NCBI GenBank assembly: GCA_963666925.2
Contig: CAXXTC010000007.1
Location: forward strand, 320,001-384,000
Length of the DNA stretch: 64,000 nucleotides
From: Phycisphaerae bacterium
Lineage (GTDB): Bacteria > Planctomycetota > Phycisphaerae > UBA1845 > Fen-1342
Direction of reading: 5' to 3'
Below, piece after piece: positions 1 through 9,917 of this stretch. Position numbers and translations under genes: made by a program. The notes under the pieces are model-generated. The model was not told where the DNA came from and made no database searches. It was given only the letters and a program-made list of their open reading frames with translations. Position 1 is the first letter of the stretch, and the number at the start of each line of letters is the position of its first letter.

Positions 1-731
1 TCGAGCGCGAGTGCGGCGTCAGTGTCGTGCAGACCGCGCCAAGCGTCACCTACGAGGTTAAGCTGCGCGACGGGGCCGTGCAGGTGGTTGAGTCGGCCGG
101 TGATCTGCCCGACATGGGCGCCATCGACGAGCTGCGCGAGCCGATTATCGAGATGCAGATAATCACGCCGGCCGAATGTGTCGGCAGCATCATGCAACTC
201 GCCGAAAATCGTCGCGGCGATTTCAAGAAGCAGGAATACCTCTCGTCGACGCGTGTAATTCTGACGTACGAATTTCCGTTCAACGAGATTCTGTACGACT
301 TTTATGACAAGCTGAAGAGCGTCACACGCGGGTATGGAACGATGGACTATCACGTCGTCGGCTATCGCGCCAGCGACCTGGTCAAGCTCGACATTCTGGT
401 GAATACAACGCCGGTGGATGCGCTCAGCCTGATTTGTCACCGCACGCGGGCCGAGTCGCGCGGCCGGCGCTTCCTGATCAAACTTCGGCGTGAGATTGGC
501 CGGCAACAGTTCGAGGTCCGGCTCCAGGCGGCGATTGGGCGTAAGGTGATCGCATCGGAGACGATCAAGCCATACCGCAAGGACGTGACGGCGAAATGTT
601 ACGGTGGCGACGTAACGCGCAAGCGCAAGCTGCTGGAGAAGCAGAAGGAAGGCAAGCGGCGGATGAAGACGATCGGCCGCGTGGACATCCCGCAAAAAGC
701 CTTCATGACCGTCCTAGATCCGGACGACTAG
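1..731 (+). CDS. lepA: Translation elongation factor 4 (LepA), 3' part; runs off the window start
   Basis: LepA C-terminal motifs DFYDKLKSVTRGYG and KDVTAKCYGGDVTRKRKLLEKQKEGK. Confidence 0.97.
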   Translation, partial: ERECGVSVVQTAPSVTYEVKLRDGAVQVVESAGDLPDMGAIDELREPIIEMQIITPAECVGSIMQLAENRRGDFKKQEYLSSTRVILTYEFPFNEILYDFYDKLKSVTRGYGTMDYHVVGYRASDLVKLDILVNTTPVDALSLICHRTRAESRGRRFLIKLRREIGRQQFEVRLQAAIGRKVIASETIKPYRKDVTAKCYGGDVTRKRKLLEKQKEGKRRMKTIGRVDIPQKAFMTVLDPDD

Positions 732-938
732 CCACACCCCCTCCACCGCTTGCGGGGGAGGGGATTCAAGGGGAGGAGGTCAGCCCGCGCAGCGCGACAC
801 CAACTCCTGCACACATCACCGACGATCCTGAACCCTGGCGAACTCTCTGCCGACCCCTAGAATGTCATAAACGGCCGGCCGGCCGGGCCGTTGTTGCCGG
901 GCCGGGTTGATGTGGCTGGTTAGCTGGAGGCCAAGCGC

Positions 939-2105
939 GTGGGACCTGATACTGCTGGGCCGGATTTTGTGGACGTCGATTCGCTGCTGACCGACGACGA
1001 GCGGCAGGTACAGCAGACCGTCGGCCGCTTTGTCGACGAACGCGTTCTGCCGATCATCGCCGACTGCTTCGAGCAGGGCCGATTTCCGACCGAATTGATC
1101 CCCGAAATGGCCCAGCTCGGGCTGTTCGGGCCGACCATGCCGGACTACGGCTGTGCCGGGCTGTCGAACGTCGCGTACGGGCTGATCATGCAGGAGCTCG
1201 AACGCGGCGACAGCGGCCTGCGCAGCTTCGCCTCCGTCCAGAGCGGCCTCTGCATGTACCCGATAGACGCCTTCGGCTCCGACCAGCAGAAACAACACTA
1301 CCTACCCGCCATGGCCCGCGGCGAAACCGTCGGCTGCTTCGGCCTGACCGAGCCCGACGGCGGCTCCGATCCCGGCCACATGAAAACCACCGCCCGCCAG
1401 GCCGGCTCCGACTGGATCATCAACGGCGCCAAGATGTGGATCACCAACGGCACCCTCGCCGACGTCGCCATCGTCTGGGCCCGCACCGACGACGGAATCC
1501 GCGGCTTTCTCGTCGACAAAGACACGCCGGGCTATGCGACGCGCGATATCGAGCACAAGTTCTCGCTGCGCGCGTCGGTCACGTCCGAGCTGTATTTCGA
1601 CGATTGCCGCGTGCCCGATAGCCAGCGTCTGCCCGGCGCGACCAACCTCGCGGCCGCCTTGAGCTGCCTCACGCAGGCTCGTTACGGCATCGCCTGGGGC
1701 GCGGTCGGCGCCGCCCAGGCCTGCTATCGCGAAGCGCTCGAATTCGCCCGCAACCGCGTGCTGTTCGGAACGCCGCTGATCAACAAGCAGATCGTCCAGC
1801 AGCGTCTGGCCGACATGGCCCGACGCATCTCAACCGCCCAGCTCCTGGTCTGGCAGCTCGGCCGGCTGAAAGACCAGGGCACCATGCACCACGCCCAGGT
1901 CTCGCTGGCCAAATGGAACAACGTCCGCATGGCCCTCGACGTCGCCCGCACGGCCCGCGACATGCTCGGTGCCGGCGGCATCACCATCGAGCAAACCCCG
2001 ATCCGCCACCTGCTCAATCTTGAGAGCGTCATCACCTACGAAGGCACCGAAACGATCCACCAACTGATCGTCGGCAAGCAAATCACCGGCATAGACGCAT
2101 TCTGA
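939..2105 (+). CDS. Acyl-CoA dehydrogenase, glutaryl-CoA dehydrogenase-like
   Basis: GCFGLTEPDGGSDP, NGAKMWITNG, ERGDSGLRSFASVQ and C-terminal ITYEGT motifs. Confidence 0.9.
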   Translation: MGPDTAGPDFVDVDSLLTDDERQVQQTVGRFVDERVLPIIADCFEQGRFPTELIPEMAQLGLFGPTMPDYGCAGLSNVAYGLIMQELERGDSGLRSFASVQSGLCMYPIDAFGSDQQKQHYLPAMARGETVGCFGLTEPDGGSDPGHMKTTARQAGSDWIINGAKMWITNGTLADVAIVWARTDDGIRGFLVDKDTPGYATRDIEHKFSLRASVTSELYFDDCRVPDSQRLPGATNLAAALSCLTQARYGIAWGAVGAAQACYREALEFARNRVLFGTPLINKQIVQQRLADMARRISTAQLLVWQLGRLKDQGTMHHAQVSLAKWNNVRMALDVARTARDMLGAGGITIEQTPIRHLLNLESVITYEGTETIHQLIVGKQITGIDAF

Positions 2106-2141
2106 TTTCCCGAACGGGAGCATCTTCAGAAACGATCCTGT

Positions 2142-2163
2142 GTGCCACTGTTCTTGAACAGTG
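2142..2163 (+). repeat. REP-like palindrome family C (GTGCCACTGYTYY(T)GARCAGTG)
   Basis: Other copies at 18415-18438, 35669-35691, 35747-35769, 40211-40233, 52160-52181 (inverted) and the IS-split copy 46038-46043/47423-47440. Confidence 0.8.
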
Positions 2164-2238
2164 GATTCTCAGGCTGTCTGTGTCTTATGAGAGGTGGGGC
2201 TGGCGTTTGAGTCTGCGAGTCAATTGCCCGAAGCCGAA

Positions 2239-2309
2239 GTGGGGCGGGCGTCTCGCCCGCCATGCTTGGATTGCCGATCCTCAAACGGCGGGCGGGACGC
2301 CCGCCCCAC
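2239..2309. repeat. Inverted pair of REP family B (GTGGGGCGGGCGTCTCGCCCGCC)
   Basis: GTGG plus hairpin at 2239-2261, inverted copy at 2287-2309; related copies at 11817-11839, 21807-21871 and 24781-24803. Confidence 0.85.
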
Positions 2310-2620
2310 TTGTCGTACGGAGCCTCTGAGGAGATGCGTTGGCGGTAGGGGGGCTTTCGCGACGTCCACAAACGCCACCGGGCCGACCTTTTCAGGCCGG
2401 CCCGGTGCGGGTTCGCGAAAGGAAACTCGTCTGCACAGGAGAAAACAAGCCACCATCCCTGACAGCACCAGTTCTTACGCGTGCTCCCGGGCACAATCAA
2501 TCGGCCTCTGCCCGGGGCCGGTAAGAGTGCCGCCGCCGACCGCTGAGGTCGCTGCGTCGGTCAGCGGACGCGAACGAATCGCCCGCGTTGCCTGGACGGT
2601 GTCATAACTCCGTGTCAGTT

Positions 2621-4522
2621 TTACTTGTGCGGCAGGCCCAGTTTCGCCAGCGACTCGCTGATCTCGCCCAGGATGGCCGGATCGTCAATCGTCGCCGGCA
2701 TGCGGTACTCCACACCGTCGGCGATCTTCTTCATCGTCCCGCGCAGGATCTTACCGGACCGTGTCTTCGGCAGGCGCTGCACAACGACGGCCTGCTTGAA
2801 CGACGCAACCGCACCGATCTTGTCGCGGACCATCTGGATCAATTCCTTGACGATCTCGTCGTCGCCGCGGTCCACGCCGGCCTTCAGCACGACCAGCCCC
2901 ACGGGCACCTCGCCCTTCAGCTCGTCCGATACGCCGATAACCGAGCATTCCGCGACGGCCGAATGCGCCGCCAGCACCTCTTCCATCCCGCCGGTCGATA
3001 GCCGATGGCCGGCGACGTTAATGATGTCATCAATTCGGCTCATGATGAAGAGGTAGCCGTCCTCGTCGCAATAGCCGGCATCACCCGTCAGGTAATACCC
3101 CGGATACTGCGACAAATACGCATCCTTATAGCCCGCGTCGTTGTTCCACAGCGTCGGCAGACAGGCCGGTGGCAGCGGCAGCTTCACCACGATGTTGCCG
3201 ATCTTGTTGGCCGGCAGCTCCTGCCCACTCTCGTCGAGGATACGCACGTCGTACCCCGGCGCGGGCTTGGTCGGTGAGCCGGGCTTCACCGGCAACAGCT
3301 CAATCCCCATGCAGTTTGCCGCAATGGCCCACGCGGTCTCCGTCTGCCACCAGTGATCGATCACCGGCACGCCGAGCATCTTGCCGGCCCACTCCAACGT
3401 GGCCGGATCGCACCGCTCGCCCGCCAGGAACAGCGCCTTGAAGTTCTTGAGATCATAGTCTGCCAGGAACTTGCCCTCTGGGTCCTCGCGCTTAATCGCC
3501 CGGAAAGCGGTCGGTGCGGTGAACAGCACCTTGACGTTATGCTGCGAAATCACCCGCCAGAACGCGCCCGCGTCGGGCGTGCCCACCGGCTTGCCCTCGT
3601 ACACGATCGTCGTGCAGCCCTTCAGCAGCGGCGCGTAGACGATGTACGAATGCCCGACGACCCAGCCGATGTCCGAGGCGGCCCAATAAACGTCGCCCGC
3701 CTCGACGTCGTAGATGTTCTTCATTGTCCAGTACATCGCCGCCGCGTGCCCGCCGTTGTCACGCACCACGCCCTTCGGAATCCCCGTCGTGCCCGACGTG
3801 TACAGGATGTACAGCGGATCGGTCGCCTTCACCGGCACGCAATCCCGCGGCTCGGCGGCCGCACACGCTTTCTCCCAGTCCACGTCGCGCCCGGGCACCA
3901 TGCTCGCCTCCGCTTGCGGCCTCTGCATGATGATGCACTTGCTGGGCTTGCTGGTCGCCATCTCGATCGCCTGGTCGAGCAGCGGCTTGTATTCGATGAT
4001 GCGCTTGCCCTCGATGCCGCACGAGGCCGACACGATCAGCTTCGGCTTGGCATCGTTGATCCGCGTGGCCAGCTCCTTGGCGGCAAACCCGCCAAAAACC
4101 ACGCCATGCACAGCCCCGATGCGGGCACAGCCCAACATCGCGATCAGCGATTCGGGCACCATCGGCATATAGATAATCACGCGGTCGCCCTTGGTGACGC
4201 CCTGGTCGGCCAGCGCACCGGCGAACTTCGCCACCTGGTCGCGCAGCTCGGCGTACGTGATGGTGCGGACGGTGTTCGTTACCGGACTGTCGTATATGAT
4301 CGCGGGTTGGTCGCCCCGGCCGGCCGCCACGTGCCGATCTACAGCGTTATGACACGTGTTCAGCTCGCCGCCGGCGTACCAGCGGTACAGCGGCTTATTC
4401 GAGTCATCGAGAACGCGATCCCATTTACGCGCCCAGTCGATGGACTCCGCCACCTCGGCCCAGAATCCCTCAGGATCCTCCATCGAGCGTTTGTACACCG
4501 CCTCGTAGCCCGCACCACTCAT
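2621..4522 (-). CDS. prpE: Propionyl-CoA synthetase (acetate/propionate-CoA ligase family)
   Basis: YILYTSGTTGIPKG, DHWWQTET and LPKTRSGKILR motifs; start placed at ATG 4522 (MSGAGYE). Confidence 0.88.
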   Translation of the reverse strand: MSGAGYEAVYKRSMEDPEGFWAEVAESIDWARKWDRVLDDSNKPLYRWYAGGELNTCHNAVDRHVAAGRGDQPAIIYDSPVTNTVRTITYAELRDQVAKFAGALADQGVTKGDRVIIYMPMVPESLIAMLGCARIGAVHGVVFGGFAAKELATRINDAKPKLIVSASCGIEGKRIIEYKPLLDQAIEMATSKPSKCIIMQRPQAEASMVPGRDVDWEKACAAAEPRDCVPVKATDPLYILYTSGTTGIPKGVVRDNGGHAAAMYWTMKNIYDVEAGDVYWAASDIGWVVGHSYIVYAPLLKGCTTIVYEGKPVGTPDAGAFWRVISQHNVKVLFTAPTAFRAIKREDPEGKFLADYDLKNFKALFLAGERCDPATLEWAGKMLGVPVIDHWWQTETAWAIAANCMGIELLPVKPGSPTKPAPGYDVRILDESGQELPANKIGNIVVKLPLPPACLPTLWNNDAGYKDAYLSQYPGYYLTGDAGYCDEDGYLFIMSRIDDIINVAGHRLSTGGMEEVLAAHSAVAECSVIGVSDELKGEVPVGLVVLKAGVDRGDDEIVKELIQMVRDKIGAVASFKQAVVVQRLPKTRSGKILRGTMKKIADGVEYRMPATIDDPAILGEISESLAKLGLPHK

Positions 4523-4706
4523 TTTGCTCTCCTCTGCCTGCTCGGGGCGCCATGTGCGCCGGCAGCACGTATCACTCAGGGTTAACCGCGATTTAACTAC
4601 GTGGAAGCGAGGTCCTCGCACCCGCCAGCGATCATACGCCCTGCACTGGTTCCGTGCAAAGGAGTGCAGAAATGCCCCAAACAAGGGCCCGTTGAGGAGA
4701 ATTGGG

Positions 4707-4736
4707 TTGACGACACGCCCGCCCCATGAATATCAT
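4707..4736 (+). promoter_or_regulatory. Putative sigma70 promoter, TTGACG-N18-TATCAT
   Basis: Near-consensus hexamers, divergent from prpE. Confidence 0.45.
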
Positions 4737-5408
4737 GACCAGTAGCAGTTCCTGTGAGCGAAGGGGAAAGATGTCCTTCGCCCAGAATAGTATTCGTTGA
4801 AAGCTGTCAATCGTTAGTCGCCGGCGCTCGTGTTGCGCCTCGATCGCGACTCGAATGCGGAAATCCGGGCCGATTGAGTTCTAGTTTTGCTCCGATAACC
4901 ACTCACAGTGGCTCGGTGTTCGGCCGGAGTTCCCGGAACGCTATCGATTCGAGATACGGTACAAATGTGCATGTCAAACGAACGGATTTACTTGCGGCGT
5001 TCGACGCCACGACCGCGTCCGCCGCTTTGCCGCGTCAGCCACGAGGCGGGAAGGAGGTAGAGTGAGCCCCATTCTGGCCGAGTGACTCACCGGTTATGAG
5101 TCTGCCTAACGCCGATAGGCGGCCCACCTCGACGCCCGCGACGAAACCAACGCGGTCGGCAGGTCGGCAAAGCATGGGCAGCAGCAACAGGCCGGCACCC
5201 GACCGACGTTGATCACCCGCTTTTCATGGGTTTTTCTGATTTCTGCTTCCAACAACGCTCACCCTTGTATGCGGAAGATCGACACTCGGACGGACTCGCC
5301 GGCCTTTTCGCTGCGCACAACGCGGCAGGGGCCAACCTGGCCGGGCACGGGCAGCCCATCACACTTGGCACGGGGGCCACTGTTCCGAAAGCAGCATCCC
5401 ACCCCCTT

Positions 5409-5462
5409 GTGGCACCGGTTTTTAACCGGTGGGGCGTGCCGGCTACGAACCCCAATGCCACG
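5409..5462 (+). repeat. REP family A (GTGGCACCGGTTTTTAACCGGTG plus conserved tail)
   Basis: Same element at 15819-15918, 17364-17488, 18597-18670, 45520-45715 and 52233-52283 (inverted). Confidence 0.85.
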
Positions 5463-5598
5463 GCTATGAGATCGGCTCCGCTTTCATCCGCAATGGTGTA
5501 CGGAGTCCATGCAGCCTGTTCTTGAGATAGCAGTGGATCAGTTGAGCAGGAGACCGTTCGCCTACGGTGAACTCTGTGCCCCGCTCCGCTCGGCCCCG

Positions 5599-6660
5599 CT
5601 ACGTCCCGATGTACCGCGCGTACACGTTCCGGGCGACGGCCGGATCACTGGTCCCTTGAACCAGCGCCCGGCCATCCGGGAACACCGCGATCACGTGGTC
5701 GTCCGTCTTGAACTTCAGCATGAATTCGTTCACCTGCGGACGCATGTGCGCCGGCAGTCGCCCGGCCAGACGCCGCAGGTTGAGTTCCTCTGTCTGGGTC
5801 GGCATGACCTGAATGGCGTTTTGGCCACACAGCGTCGTCGTCTCGACCCCGGGTTCCCGATCGAGAAACTCGAACTCATGGCGGCCGCAGCACGGACAAG
5901 CATCGCTGTGCTCGGGAGAAACATCGATCGAACGCACCCGGTGATTCCACACGTCGACAGTCGTCAGCCGCCCCGCGGCCACCGCCTCCGCGCCGCCCAC
6001 CAGCAACTGAATCGCCGCAACGCTCTGTAGATTCGCGACGATGGCCGCCGTCGCGCCGAGAATCCCCGCCGTCTCGCACGTCGGCAGCTCGCCCACCGTC
6101 GGCGGATCGGGAAAAACACACCGCAGGCAGGGCGTTCGCCCCGGCCACACCGGCAACACCAGCCCCTCGGTACCGATGCACCCGCCATAGACCCACGGCA
6201 CACCTTCGCGTACCGCCAGATCGTTGATCAGATAGCGTGTGGTGAGGTTGTCCGTCCCGTCGAGCAGCAGGTCGGCGTCTTCGCAGAGTTCGGCCGCGTT
6301 GCCGGCATGCAGGTCACAGACCCGCGCCTCGACCTCGACGCCCGAATTGACCCGGTGCAGCTTGCGGGCGGCCGCCTCCGCCTTCGGCAGGTTCTCGCGC
6401 ACGTCGGCCTCGTCAAAGAGCACCTGCCGTTGGAGGTTGTCCAGCTCGACGAAATCGCGGTCGATGATCCGCACAAACCCCACGCCGGCGCGCACCAGCG
6501 TGCTAGCAAGGTGGCTGCCCAGCGCGCCGCAGCCGACCAGCGTGACCTGGGCGTGACGCAGGCTAAGCTGACCCGCTTCGCCGATCTGCGGCAAAACGAA
6601 CTGACGCGCGTAGCGAGCCAAGCCCTTGGGGACGCGTTGAGCTTTGTTTGAATCGGTCAT
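5599..6660 (-). CDS. ThiF/MoeB-family adenylyltransferase
   Basis: VGCGALG, DRDFVELDNLQRQ, PCLRC and CETAGILG motifs; start at ATG 6660. Confidence 0.92.
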   Translation of the reverse strand: MTDSNKAQRVPKGLARYARQFVLPQIGEAGQLSLRHAQVTLVGCGALGSHLASTLVRAGVGFVRIIDRDFVELDNLQRQVLFDEADVRENLPKAEAAARKLHRVNSGVEVEARVCDLHAGNAAELCEDADLLLDGTDNLTTRYLINDLAVREGVPWVYGGCIGTEGLVLPVWPGRTPCLRCVFPDPPTVGELPTCETAGILGATAAIVANLQSVAAIQLLVGGAEAVAAGRLTTVDVWNHRVRSIDVSPEHSDACPCCGRHEFEFLDREPGVETTTLCGQNAIQVMPTQTEELNLRRLAGRLPAHMRPQVNEFMLKFKTDDHVIAVFPDGRALVQGTSDPAVARNVYARYIGT

Positions 6661-6682
6661 GCGCGCCACTTTAGCGCCCGGG

Positions 6683-7012
6683 TCAGCTCGTGGCCAGCAC
6701 GCCGCCGATGATGGCCCCAATGAACAGCACTAGGCTGTTGCCGACAATGAACAGAAACATGCTCAGGCCGGCAATGGCGCCGAAGATCGGCAGCCCGGAA
6801 GCGAGCGTAGCCAGAGCCGCGGTGACCGCGCCGGCCGCAACACAGGGCAGCAGAGCGGCCAGCAGCCCGTTGCTCACACCGCCTGCTTTCTTACCGCCGA
6901 CTATGCCGGCAATAAGTGGTCCGATAATCGGCAGCCAGCATAGCAGAATCAGAACCAGCAGCATCCACAGCAGCCCCCGCGTTACGCTGCCCTGACGGAT
7001 GCCGGCGGGCAT
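6683..7012 (-). CDS. Small integral membrane protein (three or four TM segments, Gly-rich)
   Basis: Hydrophobic GPLIAGIVGG...GAIIGG pattern; coupled to the upstream gene. Confidence 0.7.
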   Translation of the reverse strand: MPAGIRQGSVTRGLLWMLLVLILLCWLPIIGPLIAGIVGGKKAGGVSNGLLAALLPCVAAGAVTAALATLASGLPIFGAIAGLSMFLFIVGNSLVLFIGAIIGGVLATS

Positions 7013-7509
7013 CAGGATTCTCCCGACGGGGGGGCGAGCGGGGGTTCGTACTGGCCGACGGCACGCGAATACTGCCAGACCTTCCAGGTGCTATGGGCGG
7101 CGCTGGCATTGACGAGGGCGAAGATGAACAGCAGGAACCCGTCCGTATCGCTGAAGTAGATCCAGATGACGCCGACGCCCAGGCACAGCAGCGTGGCCAC
7201 CAGGGAACTGAACAGGTCGACCAGCGTTGCACCGGGGAGCTTCAGCAGGCTCATCAGCAGGCCCAGCAGGATCGCAAACCCGATGCAGCGCGCACCCCAG
7301 ACGAGAACCGTCACAGACCCGTCGTAAATCGCGTCGCCGGTTACACCCACCAGCCCCAGCCCAAAACCGACGTACAGAAACAGGCCGGCAGAAATCAGCG
7401 CGGTGAAGATCGGCGGCTCCGGCGGCACGCTACGCTGCTGCGCGTCGGGCGGCGGCTGCGGTGATTGTTGCTGATCGTCGTTCATGACCCCACATCCTCC
7501 GTCTGACAT
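7012..7509 (-). CDS. Hypothetical membrane protein (about 4 TM)
   Basis: Four hydrophobic segments; stop overlaps the next start; true start may be 7485. Confidence 0.7.
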   Translation of the reverse strand: MSDGGCGVMNDDQQQSPQPPPDAQQRSVPPEPPIFTALISAGLFLYVGFGLGLVGVTGDAIYDGSVTVLVWGARCIGFAILLGLLMSLLKLPGATLVDLFSSLVATLLCLGVGVIWIYFSDTDGFLLFIFALVNASAAHSTWKVWQYSRAVGQYEPPLAPPSGES

Positions 7510-7789
7510 CCGCCGGCAGGTCCGTCTACACCGTCATGGTAGCGGCCCGCCGCCGGCGCGTCACGCGAGATCGTCCGATAGTCAGGTCGCGTGGGCGTCC
7601 TGCCCGCCAGCGTGCGTGAGTGGGGGGTTGCGAGTCAACCGTGAAGTGGGCCGGCCGTTCTCGTCCGCCGAGCCAGTCCCCCGGGCAGTGTCGCCGCCAA
7701 CTGCATAAAAAAAGTGACCGACCGAGCCAGCCCCACGGCCAACCCGATCGGCACTTTAATGGGAGATATCGTTTATCCGCGTCTTGCGG

Positions 7790-8306
7790 CTACCGGCGGC
7801 GCAGGGCCAGCACGCCCAAACCGAGCAGAAGCAGCCCGGCCGGCTCGGGAACCGGAGTCGGATAGAAAAGCTACGCCAAAGAACGACACCTGGTCAGGGT
7901 TCACGTTGTAGACCGAAAAGGTCGCCGTATCGCCCGGGTAAACCGGATCCGTGTAGAAGAAAAGGTCGATCGTGGCACCGATCGTGGCGTTGTCCACGTC
8001 CCAAGTGAGCGGGCTCTGGCTGCTCTGGGGCTCGTAAGGCGAGTCTACGACCCAATCAACCAGCGAGATATCCTGACCGCCGTACGGATCGTAAATCTCG
8101 AAATGGAAATCGCCCCAGGGTTCGCTGCCGTTATTCGTTACGGTAACGTTGACCCAGCCGGCCCAGGGGGCGTCGTCCGCGTGGATTTGCTCCTCCACCT
8201 CGCCGAGGGCCATTTCGCCAGACCAGTCAAGATCGTGAGCGGTCGCAATCGATACAACACCAGCAACCAAGACGATAGACAGCAGATAACGCATTGGGGC
8301 CATCAT
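7790..8306 (-). CDS. PEP-CTERM surface protein with a 1-nt frameshift just before the sorting signal
   Basis: GGAGG SD and signal peptide. Removing one base from the A-run at 7866-7869 gives ...VAFYPTPVPEPAGLLLLGLGVLALRRR-stop, with the stop at 7790-7792. Confidence 0.85.
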
Positions 8307-8571
8307 AACTTTCCACCTCCGGGTCGACTCGCGTACACGTGTCGGCTTGACTGCCACGAGCCAAACCAACAGATGATACCCTTTTAGGCTCCCGCCGCCG
8401 AAAAGTCAATTATGTTTTTTGGAATTTCCGCTTTCACCGACCAAACCAGCCGTTGACCGCGGGCGTCGAGGGGATCCATGACGGCGGTCGGCAATCCGCC
8501 CGCGGGCCACTTCCGGCCGGCGCATCGGCCCCTTCCCACCCCGTCTGTACCCCCCTGACCGCCTCGCATCA

Positions 8572-9465
8572 TTGTCTTTATCAGGACGTTACTGGCGTCG
8601 TCTAGCAGAGCGTTGCCCAATCGGCATTCGAGTACTTGGCTCCCACGCCAAACGGAACTTGGCCAACGACAGCGCCGTGACTTACAATCATGGTGACCTT
8701 GTGGGGTCCACCATGTACCGGGCGACGTTTGATCAGCAGAATCAGCAGACCGCGGCTCAGCAGGTCACGTACACCGCGTTCGGCGAGCCGGTGGTGCCGG
8801 ACGGCGCCGGCGGCTGGACTGTCGGCGGGGAATTGCCGATCGGCATGAGCCGCTCCGGCTACGCCGGCGGGCATGGTTATGAGAGTGGCATGATCACCTT
8901 GGAGGGTGAGAACAGTGCTTTGCCGCCGATAACGCTGCTGCACGTCGGCGAGCGTTGGTACAACCCGAGCACGGGCCGCTTCGTCCAGCGCGACCCCATC
9001 GGCCTCCGCGGCGGACTGAATGTGTACGCCTACTGCGGCTCGCAGCCGATGACCGCCGTGGATCCGAGCGGGTGCACGTCGATCGTCGATTGGTTGGTGG
9101 GCGTTCTTGGCGTCGGAAGAAACGGCTGGCTGCTTGGCAAAAGATGTGGGAGCAATGTAGGGATACTCCGCTACGGCTGGACCTGGCAGCGCCGGAGCGC
9201 TCGCCGCGGGGTTTGGCGCATTGCATTGCGAGTAGGTCAACGCCATTACTATGGATGGCCCGGAGCATGGAGGCTCGCGGGACTGTTTGGATTGAGCGTC
9301 TGTGTTGGCGCCGGCGTTGGGACTATTCTAGATCATGCGCACCCAGGTACCGATAGGCCGTGGCATGAGCATATTGGTGAGTGGCTATACTGGGGCCGTG
9401 GTGAGGGAGAGTACTCGCGACAAGGCAATGGCGAGATCATACTTGAGACAGTCCGGCATTACTGA
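8572..9465 (+). CDS. Orphan Rhs core fragment plus C-terminal toxin-like tip 1 (5' end degenerate)
   Basis: RWYNPSTGRFVQRDPIG...NVYAYC..PMTAVDPSG Rhs-core terminus, followed by about 130 aa of unique tip. Confidence 0.85.
   Translation: MSLSGRYWRRLAERCPIGIRVLGSHAKRNLANDSAVTYNHGDLVGSTMYRATFDQQNQQTAAQQVTYTAFGEPVVPDGAGGWTVGGELPIGMSRSGYAGGHGYESGMITLEGENSALPPITLLHVGERWYNPSTGRFVQRDPIGLRGGLNVYAYCGSQPMTAVDPSGCTSIVDWLVGVLGVGRNGWLLGKRCGSNVGILRYGWTWQRRSARRGVWRIALRVGQRHYYGWPGAWRLAGLFGLSVCVGAGVGTILDHAHPGTDRPWHEHIGEWLYWGRGEGEYSRQGNGEIILETVRHY
8671..9072 (+). repeat. Rhs-core direct repeat copy 1 (copy 2 at 9930-10331; truncated copy 3 at 11281-11465)
   Basis: About 400 bp of near-identical sequence at offsets +1259 and +2610. 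Confidence 0.95.
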
Positions 9466-9500
9466 GCCTGCTGTTGTTGGTCAAAGGGAGCGGCCCGGCC

Positions 9501-9839
9501 ATGATCACTCACGAACAGGCTGCGCGACGTGTTTGGCAAGCTGCTGAGAAGTACCTTGCGATGTGCTATGTTGATCTTCTCGAAGTAGCGCGCCGCCAGA
9601 CTCCGGCTGAGAACGATTCTCACTGGGCTGAATGCGAAAGGCGCGAGGTGTACTTCGACATACACATCGCCGCCTGGGGCCTTTTGCGCAAGAGGGTCAG
9701 TGTGGAGCTGATCATGAGCGCCGGCGGGGAGGATGAGGGGCAGTCGCTCACCGTCATTGTCTACTTCGAGCGTTTTCGCAACGGTCGACTGGCTGGCCCT
9801 TGGGGCCCGGATCCGGTTCCGGAGCAGTACAGGAAGTGA
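9501..9839 (+). CDS. Putative immunity protein for Rhs tip 1
   Basis: Small ORF with GGGAG SD directly after the toxin tip; assigned by position only. Confidence 0.65.
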   Translation: MITHEQAARRVWQAAEKYLAMCYVDLLEVARRQTPAENDSHWAECERREVYFDIHIAAWGLLRKRVSVELIMSAGGEDEGQSLTVIVYFERFRNGRLAGPWGPDPVPEQYRK

Positions 9840-9917
9840 CCCGCGCGCCGCCCACACCACGTTACTGGCTATGTCCAGCCGGCGTTTGAGTATCTGGGCT
9901 TCCACGCCGAGCGGGAT

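Noticed and set aside
5090..5160. Hammerhead-ribozyme-like string ATGAGTC...GACGAAACC...GGTC
   Set aside because: The core reads GTTATGA rather than CTGATGA (C3 and G5 lost) and stem I cannot form convincingly.
5213..5461. Small ORFs sharing MALGFVAG..HRLKTGAT (also 15525-15917, 52084-52293)
   Set aside because: Translations of REP family A, not a protein family.
9837..9917. Immunity-1 TGA is in frame with the next Rhs fragment (possible readthrough or Sec)
   Set aside because: No SECIS-like hairpin or Cys context; the equivalent junction at 11201 is in a different frame, so this is probably chance.
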